Made by a program: the position numbers and the translations under genes | Source of the DNA: Planctomycetota bacterium | Lineage (GTDB): Bacteria; Planctomycetota; UBA1135; UBA2386 | Assembly (NCBI GenBank): GCA_020638655.1 | Contig: JACKIC010000007.1 | Location: 351,849 to 415,848, forward strand | Length of the DNA stretch: 64,000 nt | Direction: 5' to 3' | Shown: positions 37,170 through 46,552 of the stretch, one piece after another | Layout of the letters: each line of letters opens with the position of its first letter | Position numbering within the stretch: the stretch's first letter is position 1 | The notes under the pieces: model-generated | The model's database searches: none | The model's input: the letters and a program-made list of their open reading frames with translations, nothing else | Told to the model about the DNA's origin: nothing

Positions 37170-37823
37170 CTAGCCCTTGCCGCGCTGCCACACCGCGATG
37201 ACGCGTTGGCGCGCCGCGGGCTCGGGCAGGTCGTATCGCAACAACTGCGTGCGGCGGAACGGGCCCAGGCGTTCGGGCGCGTCGGCATCGGCGTCGAGCC
37301 ACAGACAGAGGTGGCCGCCGGGGCGCGTGAGCGGCGCGGCGAGTTCGGCGACGAGTTCGGGCTTGCCGACGGCGCGCGCGGTGACGAGGTCGAAGGCGTG
37401 GCGCAGCTCGCGCTGCAGGGCCGGTGCCTGCGCGGCATCGAGCTGCACGGCGTCGGCGTTGCCGATGCCTGCCGTGACCAGGCACGAGCCGATCGAGCGC
37501 ACCTTTTTGCCGGTGCGGTCCATGAGGGTCACCGAAGCGCGCGAATGCAGCGCGGCGACGGCGACGCCGGGAAAGCCGTTGCCGGTGCCGATGTCGAGCG
37601 CGTGCTGCGGCGAAAGGCCCGTGCGCGCGAACGCCAGCCCGTCGAGCGCGTGCAGGACCACGGCCTGCTCGCGGTCGCGCACGGCGGTCAGGTTGATCTG
37701 CTCGTTGAGCTGCAGCATCGCGTCGAGATAGCGCAGCAGCCGCTCGGCGCCGGCCTGCGGCAGGTCGGGCGCGAACGGCGCGGCCAGGCGGAGCAGGGCA
37801 GCGGCATCGGTGGGGGCGGTCAC
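37170..37823 (-). CDS. rsmG: 16S rRNA m7G527 methyltransferase RsmG (GidB)
   Basis: LLRYLDAMLQLNEQINLTAVRD, DIGTGNGFPGVAVA SAM motif. GTG start at 37823 preferred; the ORF-track start 37958 would read through the 12-bp repeats and overlap miaA. Confidence 0.88.
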   Translation of the reverse strand: MTAPTDAAALLRLAAPFAPDLPQAGAERLLRYLDAMLQLNEQINLTAVRDREQAVVLHALDGLAFARTGLSPQHALDIGTGNGFPGVAVAALHSRASVTLMDRTGKKVRSIGSCLVTAGIGNADAVQLDAAQAPALQRELRHAFDLVTARAVGKPELVAELAAPLTRPGGHLCLWLDADADAPERLGPFRRTQLLRYDLPEPAARQRVIAVWQRGKG

Positions 37824-37868
37824 GGGCGGGATCTTGGCGCTTGGGCGGGCCAGCGCAACGGCCGGATG

Positions 37869-37917
37869 TCGGGGATTGCGGCGGGGATTGCGGCGGGGAT
37901 CGCGCCGGGGATCACGC
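37869..37917. repeat. 12-bp tandem repeat x4 (cggggattgcgg x2, cggggatcgcgc, cggggatcacgc)
   Basis: Read directly. The last unit contains the miaA stop codon. The array lies between miaA and rsmG, both on the minus strand. Confidence 0.85.
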
Positions 37918-38838
37918 GTCGGCCTGCAGCGCCGCATGCAACGCGGCGGTGCCAGCATCGGGCTCCAGCCAGCGCGCCTGCTGCAGGCGCCGCAGCCAGG
38001 TGGTCTGGCGGCGGATCAGCCGGTGCGTGTTGCGGCGGATGCGGTTGCGCAGCTCCTCGCGGTCCTTGTAGCGGCCGCGCAGGAAGTCGCGGCACTCGGC
38101 GTAGCCGATCGCCGCGCCCGCGGTCACCGAGAAGCCGCCCTGCTGCTCGATGCGTTCGGTCTCGGCGAGCAGGCCGGCGTCGAGCATCCACTCGGTGCGG
38201 GCCTTGACGCGCTCGTGCAGGTCGTCGCGTTGCCGTTGCACGGCGACGATGCGGCACGGCCGCTGCCACTCCTCGCGGTCGAAGTGCTGTTGCTGGCTGC
38301 TGATCGGCTTGCCGGTCAACTGCAGGACCTCGTGGGCGCGCACCAGCCGGCGCAGGTCGTGGCGGTGGATGCGGGCGGCGGCGTCCGGATCCAGGTGCTG
38401 CAACTCGGCGTGCAGGCAGCCGGGCTCGGCGCGTTCGCGGTCTTCGAGTGCTGCGCGCAACTCGGCGTCGGCGGGCGGGGTCTGCATCAGCCCCTTGAAG
38501 AACGCCATCAGGTAGAGCGGGGTGCCACCGACGAACAGGGCCCGGCGGCCCCGCCGCTGCACGTCCTGCAGCGCGGCCGCAGCGGCCTCGCACCAGCGCG
38601 CCGTGTCGAACGACTCGCTCGGCTCCACCAGATCGAGCAGGTGGTGGGGCACCGCGGCGCGCTCGGCGGCCGTCGGTTTCGCCGTGCCGATGTCCATGTG
38701 CCGGTAGACCGCCATCGAGTCCATCGACAGGATCTCGAGGCCCTGCTCGGCCGCGAACTGCAGGGCCAGCGCGGTCTTTCCCGAGGCCGTGGGGCCGGTC
38801 ACGACCCAGAGCGGCGGTGCTGCGGAGGCGGGTTCCAA
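37912..38838 (-). CDS. miaA: tRNA dimethylallyltransferase
   Basis: LWVVTGPTASGKTALAL P-loop, SMDSMAVYRHMDIGTAKP, HHLLDL. Confidence 0.93.
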   Translation of the reverse strand: MEPASAAPPLWVVTGPTASGKTALALQFAAEQGLEILSMDSMAVYRHMDIGTAKPTAAERAAVPHHLLDLVEPSESFDTARWCEAAAAALQDVQRRGRRALFVGGTPLYLMAFFKGLMQTPPADAELRAALEDRERAEPGCLHAELQHLDPDAAARIHRHDLRRLVRAHEVLQLTGKPISSQQQHFDREEWQRPCRIVAVQRQRDDLHERVKARTEWMLDAGLLAETERIEQQGGFSVTAGAAIGYAECRDFLRGRYKDREELRNRIRRNTHRLIRRQTTWLRRLQQARWLEPDAGTAALHAALQADA

Positions 38839-38908
38839 AGTGGAGGGGCGAACTTACCGCGTGGGGCTTTGCGCGCCAGCGCCCGGATGCTTACCGTTCT
38901 CGCCCCCG

Positions 38909-39685
38909 ATGATCGCGTTCGTATCCGACATCCACAGCAACATGGCAGCGCTGTCCGTCTGCCTCGCGGAGATCGAGCGCCTGGGGTGCTCCCGGATCAT
39001 CTGCCTGGGCGACGTGATCGGCTACGGCCCCGAGCCGCGCGAGACCCTGGCCACGATCATGGACCGGGCCGAGTTCTCGCTGCTGGGCAACCACGAGCAC
39101 GGGGCGATGTTCTACGCCTCGGACTTCAACCCGCGCGCGCGCGCCGCGATCGACTGGACCCGCGACCAACTCAGTCGCCGCGACCGGCCGCGCGAGGAGA
39201 ACATGAAGTTCTGGAACTACCTCGACGGCATGCCGCGTGAGCACCGCGAGGGGCGCATGCTGCTCGTGCACGGCTCGCCGCGCGACCCGGTGCGTGAGTA
39301 CCTGGTGCCGCGCGACGCCGTCGACGCCCAGAAGATGAGCGAGTGCTTCGCCAAGATGGCGGACGCGGACCTCTGCTTCGTCGGCCACAGCCACGTGCCG
39401 GGGGTCTACCTCGAGTCCGGTCAATTCCTGCTGCCGAGCGACATCGGCATGCAGTGGCAGGTCGACGGACGCGCCATGGTCAACATCGGCTCGGTGGGCC
39501 AGCCGCGCGACGGGGACCGTCGCCTGTCGTTCGTGACCTACGAGCCCGGAGACGGACCGCTCGGCACGAGCGGCGTGGTGCGCTTCCATCGGCTCGAGTA
39601 CGACGTCGAGGGCACCATGGCGAAGATCCGCGCCATTTCCGAATTGCCGGACTACCTGGCCGATCGCCTCGCCCAAGGGCGCTGA
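38909..39685 (+). CDS. Metallophosphoesterase (calcineurin-like) family protein
   Basis: MIAFVSDIHSN, CLGDVIGYGPEP, LLGNHE and VHGSP motifs. Start is 40 codons inside ORF 38789.. Confidence 0.85.
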   Translation: MIAFVSDIHSNMAALSVCLAEIERLGCSRIICLGDVIGYGPEPRETLATIMDRAEFSLLGNHEHGAMFYASDFNPRARAAIDWTRDQLSRRDRPREENMKFWNYLDGMPREHREGRMLLVHGSPRDPVREYLVPRDAVDAQKMSECFAKMADADLCFVGHSHVPGVYLESGQFLLPSDIGMQWQVDGRAMVNIGSVGQPRDGDRRLSFVTYEPGDGPLGTSGVVRFHRLEYDVEGTMAKIRAISELPDYLADRLAQGR

Positions 39686-39758
39686 TCGCCGGCCTGCGGT
39701 CCGGTCCGTTGACTTACACGAGCGCCTGCGCCGCTCCCTGCCGCTGCGATTTCCCTCG

Positions 39759-41444
39759 ATGCTGACGCTGCTCCGATCGTTGTTCGTTTCGTCGTTCGCC
39801 GCCCTGGCTCTCGCCCAGGGCCAGTCGCCGGCGCCGGAGCCGTTCCTGCACGAGTTCGGCGCGCCCGGGGAGCGCGGCAGCTTCCGCGCGCAGTTCCACC
39901 CGGTCGGCGGCGGCATGGTGTTCCTGCAGACGATGGACCACTTCGTCACGCTGGCGGCCGCGCGCCACGAGGCGCACACCCCGGACGACTACCTGCTGCT
40001 TGCCTACAACGGCCGCGACCACGGGCTGCGTCTCGTCGGCAAGCCGTCGGCCACCAAGTTCCCCGAAGAGCTCTACAAGGCCGTCTGGCAGGTCGCCGAG
40101 ACCCCCGACTCGGTGACCTTCACGCTCGACTCCGGCAACGGCCTGGTGTTGCGGCGCACGCTGCGCCACGACCCCAAGAACCGCGGCTTTCTGATCGAGA
40201 TCGCGCTGCGCAACAACAACGCCGCGGCCGGCGACCAGATCGAGTTCGAACTGGTCGGCCCGGCGCTCGTGGTGCAGCAGGGCTCGCAGCTGATCGGCCA
40301 GCAGTCGGTCGGCATCGTCGCGCTGCCCGACGGCACCAGCGAGCACGTCGCGCCCAAGGCCGGGGTGGTGCAGCGCTTCGAACTCGACCCCAGGCAGATG
40401 GTGTTCGCGGGTTCGACCAACCGCTTCTTCGGCGCGTTCCTCGACCCGCGCGACGCCGGCGCCCGCGCGGCGCTGACCTCGATCGCGGTCGACACCGTGC
40501 CGGTCGAGGGGCAGCAGGACACCGAGATCGGGCAGCACGCCAACTCCGCGGTGCGCCTGCGCTACGGCATGGCGCTGACGGTGCCCGAACAGGGCGCCGA
40601 GACCCTCGCCACCTACGGCCTCTACCTGGGCCCCAAGTCGTTCCGCGAGTTCGAGACGCTCGACGCGCCCGAGCGTTACCTGCCGATCCTCGACGTCGAC
40701 CTCAACCCGCCGTGCTGCGGCATCGACGTGCCCGGCGGTCGGTTCATGGCCAAGTCGCTGATCAAGCTGCTCGGCTGGTTCCACGACCTGATCGGCAACT
40801 GGGGTCTGGCGATCATCATGCTGACGGTGCTGGTGCGCGGCTCGATGTCGCCGCTGAACTTCCGCATGCAGAAGTCGATGCGCGCCTACTCGGCGCGCAT
40901 GGCGGTGCTCAAGCCGAAGATGGACGCGCTCAAGAAGCAGTTCGGCGACGACCAGAAGGCCTACCAGCAGGCGATGATCGCGTTCCAGCGCGAGCACAAG
41001 GTGATGCCGCCGCTCGGCGGCTGCCTGCCGATCTTCCTGACGATGCCGATCTACATCGGCCTGTTCACCGCGCTGCGCACCGCCTACGACGTGCGCCAGC
41101 AGCCGTTCGTGGGCTGGATCACCGACCTCAGCAGCCCCGACGCGCTGTTCGACCTGCCGTTCTTCCCGCACCACTTCAACCTGCTGCCGCTGCTGTGGAT
41201 GGCCTGCTTCGTATTCCTGCAGACGCGCACGCCGCTGCCGACGGACCCGCAGCAGCGCCAGATGCAGTCGATCATGCGCTGGATGCCGCTGATGTTCGGC
41301 TTCATGCTCTACGGCTACGCCTCGGCGCTGATGCTCTACATGGTGACGTCGATGCTGTGGTCGATGGTCGAGTCGGCGATCGTGCGCAAGATCCTCGGCC
41401 CGGTCGATCCCAACGTCGCGTCGATGACGCCGACGGTGATGTGA
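39759..41444 (+). CDS. yidC: Membrane protein insertase YidC
   Basis: 561 aa. Large periplasmic P1 domain, then the conserved core WGLAIIMLTVLVRGSMSPLNFRMQKSM...GGCLPIFLTMPIYIGLF. Confidence 0.93.
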   Translation: MLTLLRSLFVSSFAALALAQGQSPAPEPFLHEFGAPGERGSFRAQFHPVGGGMVFLQTMDHFVTLAAARHEAHTPDDYLLLAYNGRDHGLRLVGKPSATKFPEELYKAVWQVAETPDSVTFTLDSGNGLVLRRTLRHDPKNRGFLIEIALRNNNAAAGDQIEFELVGPALVVQQGSQLIGQQSVGIVALPDGTSEHVAPKAGVVQRFELDPRQMVFAGSTNRFFGAFLDPRDAGARAALTSIAVDTVPVEGQQDTEIGQHANSAVRLRYGMALTVPEQGAETLATYGLYLGPKSFREFETLDAPERYLPILDVDLNPPCCGIDVPGGRFMAKSLIKLLGWFHDLIGNWGLAIIMLTVLVRGSMSPLNFRMQKSMRAYSARMAVLKPKMDALKKQFGDDQKAYQQAMIAFQREHKVMPPLGGCLPIFLTMPIYIGLFTALRTAYDVRQQPFVGWITDLSSPDALFDLPFFPHHFNLLPLLWMACFVFLQTRTPLPTDPQQRQMQSIMRWMPLMFGFMLYGYASALMLYMVTSMLWSMVESAIVRKILGPVDPNVASMTPTVM

Positions 41445-41459
41445 CGCGCGCTGCCGGCT

Positions 41460-42494
41460 TCAGGCCGGCAGCAGGAAGTCGATCGTGATCGCGGCGCGGC
41501 CGGTGCGCCGCGCGGTCGCCTGGCCGCGGTGGCCGAGCACGACGGTCTGCACCAGGAACAGGCCCAGCCCGTGGCTCTGGCCCTGTAGCAGGCGGCTGGG
41601 GTAGTAGGGCTCGAACGTCTGCGGCAGCCGCCACTGCTCGAGCGGCGGGCCCGCGGCGGCGAGGCGCAGCTGCACGATGCCCGCGCGCAGCAGCAGGCTG
41701 AGTTCGGCGCGCGCGCCGCCACGCGCGAGGCCGTCGGCGAACTCGAGCGCGGCGCGGGCCGCGGCGGCGAGCTGCTCGGGGTCGCCGTCGAGCACGCACG
41801 GGGCGCTCGGCAGGTCCACTGCCGCCTGCTCGGGCTGCTGGCGCGGCCGGGCCGCGATCGCCTGCTGCACGAGGTCGGCGAGGTCGACGCGGGCGCGGCG
41901 CTGCGGGCCGCCCGCGGCCACCGACAGCAGACGCAGCCGATCGACCGAGGCCTGGATGCGCGCGATGCCCTGCATCGCCGCGTCGAGCTGGTCGCGCCGC
42001 GCCGCGTCGGTCGGGTCGAGGCCCGCGCGCAGCAGCTGCAGGTGCCCCGACAGGAACATCAGCGGGTTGTTGATCTCGTCGGCGATGCCGTGCGCGAGGT
42101 CGACGAACACCTCGGCGCGCGGCCGGTCGCTGCCTTGCAGCGCCTGCTCGACGACCGCGGCGAGCTGGCCGGGGGCGTGCGGGTAGAGCAGCAGGCGGCC
42201 GCCGATGCGGGTCGCGTGCGCCGCCTGCTGCAGTTCGCCCTCGGGGCTCGTGACCAGCACGATCGCGAGCGCGGGCCACAGCTGCCGCAGCAGCCGCAGC
42301 GCGCCGACTTCCTCGGCGGGCTCGGGACCCAGCTGCACCAGCAGCAGCTCGGGTTGGTATCGCGCCAGGCTGTCGGTGTCGTCGCAGACGTTGGCGAAGC
42401 AGCGCACCTCGGGCCGCAGCGGCAACTGCCGCAGCGCGCCGACGAGGTCGTCGGCGACGCCCCCGACGACGGCGATACGCACGCTGCGTTCCAT
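41460..42494 (-). CDS. REC-like + HisKA-like + HATPase_c-like protein with both phospho-acceptor positions substituted (pseudo-kinase candidate)
   Basis: Receiver-like N-terminus reads IAVVGGVADD and ELLLVQLGPEP where DD and D are canonical. The H-box reads LAHGIADEINNPL versus the common G(V/I)AHEINNPL. G1 reads AAAGPPL versus DNGxGI. G2 is SHGLGL. Start taken at MERSVRIAVVGG. Confidence 0.6.
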   Translation of the reverse strand: MERSVRIAVVGGVADDLVGALRQLPLRPEVRCFANVCDDTDSLARYQPELLLVQLGPEPAEEVGALRLLRQLWPALAIVLVTSPEGELQQAAHATRIGGRLLLYPHAPGQLAAVVEQALQGSDRPRAEVFVDLAHGIADEINNPLMFLSGHLQLLRAGLDPTDAARRDQLDAAMQGIARIQASVDRLRLLSVAAGGPQRRARVDLADLVQQAIAARPRQQPEQAAVDLPSAPCVLDGDPEQLAAAARAALEFADGLARGGARAELSLLLRAGIVQLRLAAAGPPLEQWRLPQTFEPYYPSRLLQGQSHGLGLFLVQTVVLGHRGQATARRTGRAAITIDFLLPA

Positions 42495-42647
42495 GGTTGC
42501 GAAGTCCTGGTTGCGCCCATCCCGGTGCGGCATGCGGGGATGGAAGGGCCGGAGGGTAGCCGGGGGCGTGTCCGGTGTCACCATACATGCACAGTCGGCA
42601 GCCCGTCTGGCTATAGCCGGCCCGCGTTTCCCTCCGATAACAGCGTC

Positions 42648-43037
42648 GTGACCGGTGATCGGGACCAACACTCGGGTTCGGCTGGCGGCGGCGGGCCCGA
42701 CGGCCCCGACGGCCCGCGGTTCCGCCTGCGCAAGGTCGCCGGGCCGGTCGCCGGCAGCGAGCCGGCGCCGGAGGTTCGGTTGCACCGCGAGTTCAAGGGG
42801 CTCACCGTCGCCGACCTGATGCGCCTGGAGATCGCCGAGCGGTTGCCTGGTCAGGTGCAGAAGGCGCTGCGGCAGATCCAGCACGGCCAGTTCGCCGCCG
42901 CCGATGACGCGCTGCCGGGCGCGTTCCCGCCGATCTTCGCGGGCCCGGGCAGTCGTCGCCGTCGCCGGTCCGGCGCGTGGCTGGTCGTCGCCCTGCTCGG
43001 CGCTTCGGTGGCGGCGGCCGCGTGGTGGTGGGCGTGA
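42648..43037 (+). CDS. Small C-terminally anchored protein, function unknown (start very uncertain)
   Basis: The high third-position-GC stretch FKGLTVADLMRLEIAERLPGQVQKALRQIQHGQF ends in RRRRRSGAWLVVALLGASVAAAAWWWA (TM). Upstream of about 42650 the third-position GC drops. Confidence 0.35.
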   Translation: MTGDRDQHSGSAGGGGPDGPDGPRFRLRKVAGPVAGSEPAPEVRLHREFKGLTVADLMRLEIAERLPGQVQKALRQIQHGQFAAADDALPGAFPPIFAGPGSRRRRRSGAWLVVALLGASVAAAAWWWA

Positions 43038-43080
43038 AGGTTCGACAGAACCCTCGCGGATGGGGCGCCGGCGTTGCACG

Positions 43081-44109
43081 ATGCGGGGCCGCATGGTGAC
43101 CCCGGGCTCGCTGCCGCATGCCGATCACGCCGAAGGCCACACCGCTCCTGGCGGCGCGCCCGAGATCAGCGTCGTCGTGCCCATCTACAACGAGCGCGAC
43201 AACATCGCGCCGCTGCACGCGGCGCTGACCTATGCGCTCGCGGCGCTGCACCGCAGCTACGAGATCCTGTTCGTCGACGACGGCAGCACCGACGGCACCG
43301 CCGACGTGATGCGCGCCTGCGCCGCCACCGACCCGCACCTGCGGCTCGTGTTCTTTCGGCGCAACTACGGCCAGACCCCGGCGATGGCGGCCGGCTTCCG
43401 CGCCTGCCGGGGGCGCATCGTGGTGTCGATGGACGGCGACCTGCAGAACGATCCCGCCGACATCCCGCGGCTCGTCGCGCGGCTCGACGACGGCTTCGAC
43501 GTCGTCTGTGGTTGGCGCCGCCACCGCCAGGACCGCATGGCGACGCGCCTCTTGCCGAGCCGCATCGCCAACTTCCTGATCGCGCGGGTGACCGGCGCGC
43601 GCATCCACGACACCGGCTGCTCGCTCAAGGCCTACCGCGGCTGGGTGGTGCGCAGCCTGCACCTCTACTCCGACATGCACCGCTTCCTCGCCGCGCTCGG
43701 CGCCGGCATCGGCGCGCGCATCACCGAGGTGCCGGTGCGCCACCACGCGCGTCGCGCCGGCCAGTCGAAGTACGGGCTCGGTCGCATCTTCCGCGTGCTC
43801 GCCGACCTGGTCGGCATCAAGATGCTGATCCAGTTCGCGGCGCATCCGATCCGCTGGTTCACGCTGCTGTCGCTGCCGCTGTTCGTGCTCGCGCCGTTGA
43901 TGTTCGCGCTCGGCTTCGTCAAGGTCACGCGCGAAGGGCAGTGGCTGCTGTTCGGCGACTACGACATGGCCGCGGTCGCGGCCGGCAGCGTCGCGCTGCT
44001 GTTCGCGATGAACGTGTTCCTGCTCGGGTTCCTGGCCGAGCTGCAGATCAAGGTGTCCAAGTTCTTCCGGCAGCGGATCTCGATCACGGCGCGCGAGGCG
44101 AGTCGATGA
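43081..44109 (+). CDS. GT2 polyprenyl-phosphate glycosyltransferase (GtrB/DPM1/ArnC-like) with C-terminal TM helices
   Basis: ISVVVPIYNERDNI, ILFVDDGSTDGT, VVSMDGDLQNDP (DxD), two C-terminal TM helices. Alternative starts at 43060 and 43093. Confidence 0.88.
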   Translation: MRGRMVTPGSLPHADHAEGHTAPGGAPEISVVVPIYNERDNIAPLHAALTYALAALHRSYEILFVDDGSTDGTADVMRACAATDPHLRLVFFRRNYGQTPAMAAGFRACRGRIVVSMDGDLQNDPADIPRLVARLDDGFDVVCGWRRHRQDRMATRLLPSRIANFLIARVTGARIHDTGCSLKAYRGWVVRSLHLYSDMHRFLAALGAGIGARITEVPVRHHARRAGQSKYGLGRIFRVLADLVGIKMLIQFAAHPIRWFTLLSLPLFVLAPLMFALGFVKVTREGQWLLFGDYDMAAVAAGSVALLFAMNVFLLGFLAELQIKVSKFFRQRISITAREASR

Positions 44110-46265
44110 ACGAGATGGTCCAGCCGATGGCCGCCGCGCCCGCGCCGCTGGTGTCGGTGGTGGTCGCGGTCAGCGGTCCCGAGGCCAACCCCGCGCCCGT
44201 GGTCGAGGGCATCGGTCCGGCGCTGCTGCGCGCGGGCTATCGCTGCGAGTTCGTCTTCGTGCTCGACGGTCCGGCCGGCCGCGTCGAGGCGCAGCTGCGC
44301 GAGCTGCAGGAGCAGTGGCAGCTGCGCATCGTGCAGCTCCAGGGCGGCGGCCTCGGCGAGTCGATCGCGCTGTCGGCGGGCGTCGCCAAGGCCGAGGGCG
44401 ACTACATCCTCAACGTGCCGCCGTACCTGCAGCTCGAGCCCGAGGAGGTCACCAAGGTGATCGCCGCGCTCGAGGCCGGCGCCGACTGCGTCGCGACCTG
44501 GCGCCGATCCCGCATCGATCCGTGGCTCAACCAGCTGCAGTCGCGACTGTTCAACTGGGCCCTGCGGTTGATCATGAAGACCTCGTTCCACGACCTGAAC
44601 TCGGGCACGCGCGGCTTCCGCCGGCAGGTGCTCGAGGAGGTCGCGGTCTACGGCGAGCTGTACCGGTTCTTGCCGGTGATGGCGCAGCGGCAGGGCTTCA
44701 AGGTGGTGGAGGTCGAGGTCCGGCACCGCGAGGAGAAGGGCCGCGCCGGCTTCTACGGGATCGGCGTCTACCTGCGCCGGATGCTCGACATCCTCGCGAT
44801 CACCTTCCTCACCCGCTTCACGCAGCGGCCGCTGCGGTTCTTCGGCTACCTCGGCTTCGCGGCGATCGCGGTCGGCGCGCCGATCGCGATCGCCTACCTG
44901 TACTGGCGCTTCACCGTCGTGAACTACTCGCTGGCCGACAAGCCGGCGTTCGTGATCGGCGCGATCCTCGCAGCGTTCGGCGTGCAGCTGATCGGCTTCG
45001 GGCTGGTCGGCGAGATCATCATCTTCACGCAGGCGCCCAACCTGCGTGACTACAAGGTCGACGAGGTCGTCGAAGGTGGCGCGGCGCAGATCGGCGAAGA
45101 GAAGCACCACGCCGAGATCCACCCCGAGGTCCACGCGGCGCGCAGCGACCGCGTCGGCCCCCCCGAGGGCGCCGCGGCCGCCGAGCCGGTCGAGGCGCCG
45201 TCGCGCGTGCGCGAGCTGCTGCCCGGCGAGGACGCGCGCTGGGACGCGTTCGTGAGCCGCCACCCGCAGGGCACGTTCTTCCACCTCAGCGGTTGGTCGC
45301 GCGTCGTCCAGGAGACCTTCAAGCACAAGCCGTATCCGCTCGTCGTCGAGCAGGGCCGGCGCTGGCTCGGCGTGTTGCCGATGTTCCTCGCCAAGAGCCC
45401 GTTCCTCGGGCGCAACCTGGTGAGCCTGCCGTACGCCGTCTACGGCGGGGTGCTCAGCGAGACCGCCGCCGCCCAGGCCGCGCTGATGGCGCGCGCCGAG
45501 GCGCTCGGCCGCGAGCTGTCGGTCGGCTACGTCGAACTGCGGCACCTCGAGCCGCGCAGCACCGAGCACCCGCGCTCGGAGCTGTACGTGACGTTCCGCT
45601 GCGATCTGCCCGACGACCCCGCCGAGGTCATGGCGCGCATCCCCAAGAAGGCTCGCGCCGAGGTGCGCCGCGCCCGTGCCCCGCTCGCGCCGGCGACCGA
45701 CAAGACGCCGCCGTGTTACGGCATCGTGGTCACGCCCGACGGCTCGGTCGACGAGCTGTTCGCCCTGTTCGCGGAGAACAAGCGGCGCCTGGGTTCGCCG
45801 ACCCTGCCCAAGCGCTGGTTCGGCGCGATCGTCGACGAGTTCGGCAAGGCGGTGGTGATCCACCGCGCCGTCGATCCCAGCGGGCGCACGCTCGCCGCGG
45901 TGATGAGCTTCTGCTTCCGCGACACGGTCTACGCCTACTACTCCGGCTCGCTGACCGGCATCAACGACACCGGCGTCAACAACCTGATCTACTGCGCGAT
46001 CATGGAGTGGGCGGTGGAGCAGGGTTACACGCGCTTCGACTTCGGCCGCAGCCGCGTCGATTCGGGGCCGGCGAAGTTCAAGAAGAACATGGGCTTCGCC
46101 GCGGAGCCGCTGCACTACGAGTATCTGCTGCTCGGCGACGGCGCCAAGCTGCCGGAGTTCCACCCGAGCAATCCGCGGTTGGCCCTGCCGCGGCGGCTGT
46201 GGTCGCGGCTGCCGATGCCGGTCGCGAACTTGCTCGGCGCGCGGTTCTCGCGCTACCTTCCGTGA
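44106..46265 (+). CDS. Fusion protein: GT2-like domain lacking the acidic motifs + 2 TM helices + FemAB-family (PEP-CTERM-associated type) acyl/aminoacyl-transferase-like domain
   Basis: ATGA overlap with the upstream GT2. The N-domain is colinear with the upstream GT2 but reads FVFVLDGPAG and ILNVPPYLQLEP. TM helices: FFGYLGFAAIAVGAPIAIAYLYW and FVIGAILAAFGVQLIGFGLVGEIIIF. C-domain: WDAFVSRHPQGTFFHLSGWSRVV...GVLPMFLAKSPFLGRNLVSLPYAVYGG...YYSGS. The reading frame is continuous with no stop. Confidence 0.8.
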   Translation: MNEMVQPMAAAPAPLVSVVVAVSGPEANPAPVVEGIGPALLRAGYRCEFVFVLDGPAGRVEAQLRELQEQWQLRIVQLQGGGLGESIALSAGVAKAEGDYILNVPPYLQLEPEEVTKVIAALEAGADCVATWRRSRIDPWLNQLQSRLFNWALRLIMKTSFHDLNSGTRGFRRQVLEEVAVYGELYRFLPVMAQRQGFKVVEVEVRHREEKGRAGFYGIGVYLRRMLDILAITFLTRFTQRPLRFFGYLGFAAIAVGAPIAIAYLYWRFTVVNYSLADKPAFVIGAILAAFGVQLIGFGLVGEIIIFTQAPNLRDYKVDEVVEGGAAQIGEEKHHAEIHPEVHAARSDRVGPPEGAAAAEPVEAPSRVRELLPGEDARWDAFVSRHPQGTFFHLSGWSRVVQETFKHKPYPLVVEQGRRWLGVLPMFLAKSPFLGRNLVSLPYAVYGGVLSETAAAQAALMARAEALGRELSVGYVELRHLEPRSTEHPRSELYVTFRCDLPDDPAEVMARIPKKARAEVRRARAPLAPATDKTPPCYGIVVTPDGSVDELFALFAENKRRLGSPTLPKRWFGAIVDEFGKAVVIHRAVDPSGRTLAAVMSFCFRDTVYAYYSGSLTGINDTGVNNLIYCAIMEWAVEQGYTRFDFGRSRVDSGPAKFKKNMGFAAEPLHYEYLLLGDGAKLPEFHPSNPRLALPRRLWSRLPMPVANLLGARFSRYLP

Positions 46266-46270
46266 CCGCC

Positions 46271-46552
46271 ATGACCGCCGCGAAACCGCCAGTACCTCCC
46301 AGCCCGCCGTCGCGCCCGCGGCCGGTCGGCTCGACGAACGTCGAGCACACCAAGTGGTCGCCCGGGTTGATCGGCTTCTACCTGAGCTGCGCCGGCGTCG
46401 CGCTCGGCGCCACCTTCGCGGCGTCGGGGCACTTCTTCTTCGGCAACGACGTCTGGCTGCTGGTCGGCGGGCTGCTGTCGGTCGTCAGCTGCGTCACCTG
46501 CTACTACTCGCTGCGCGCGGCGCGGCGGGCGCCCGGCTCACGCCCCGAGTAG
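46271..46552 (+). CDS. Small two-TM membrane protein, function unknown
   Basis: 93 aa. LIGFYLSCAGVALGATFAASGHFFF and VWLLVGGLLSVVSCVTCYYSL. The start lies within 10 nt of the upstream stop (a GTGA alternative is at 46262). Confidence 0.45.
   Translation: MTAAKPPVPPSPPSRPRPVGSTNVEHTKWSPGLIGFYLSCAGVALGATFAASGHFFFGNDVWLLVGGLLSVVSCVTCYYSLRAARRAPGSRPE

Noticed and set aside
43074-44105. First 344 codons of the 1063-aa ORF 43074..46265
   Set aside because: They are out of frame with, and fully overlap, the canonical GT2 gene (43081..44109), and read as R/A/P-rich. The real fusion gene starts at the ATGA at 44106.
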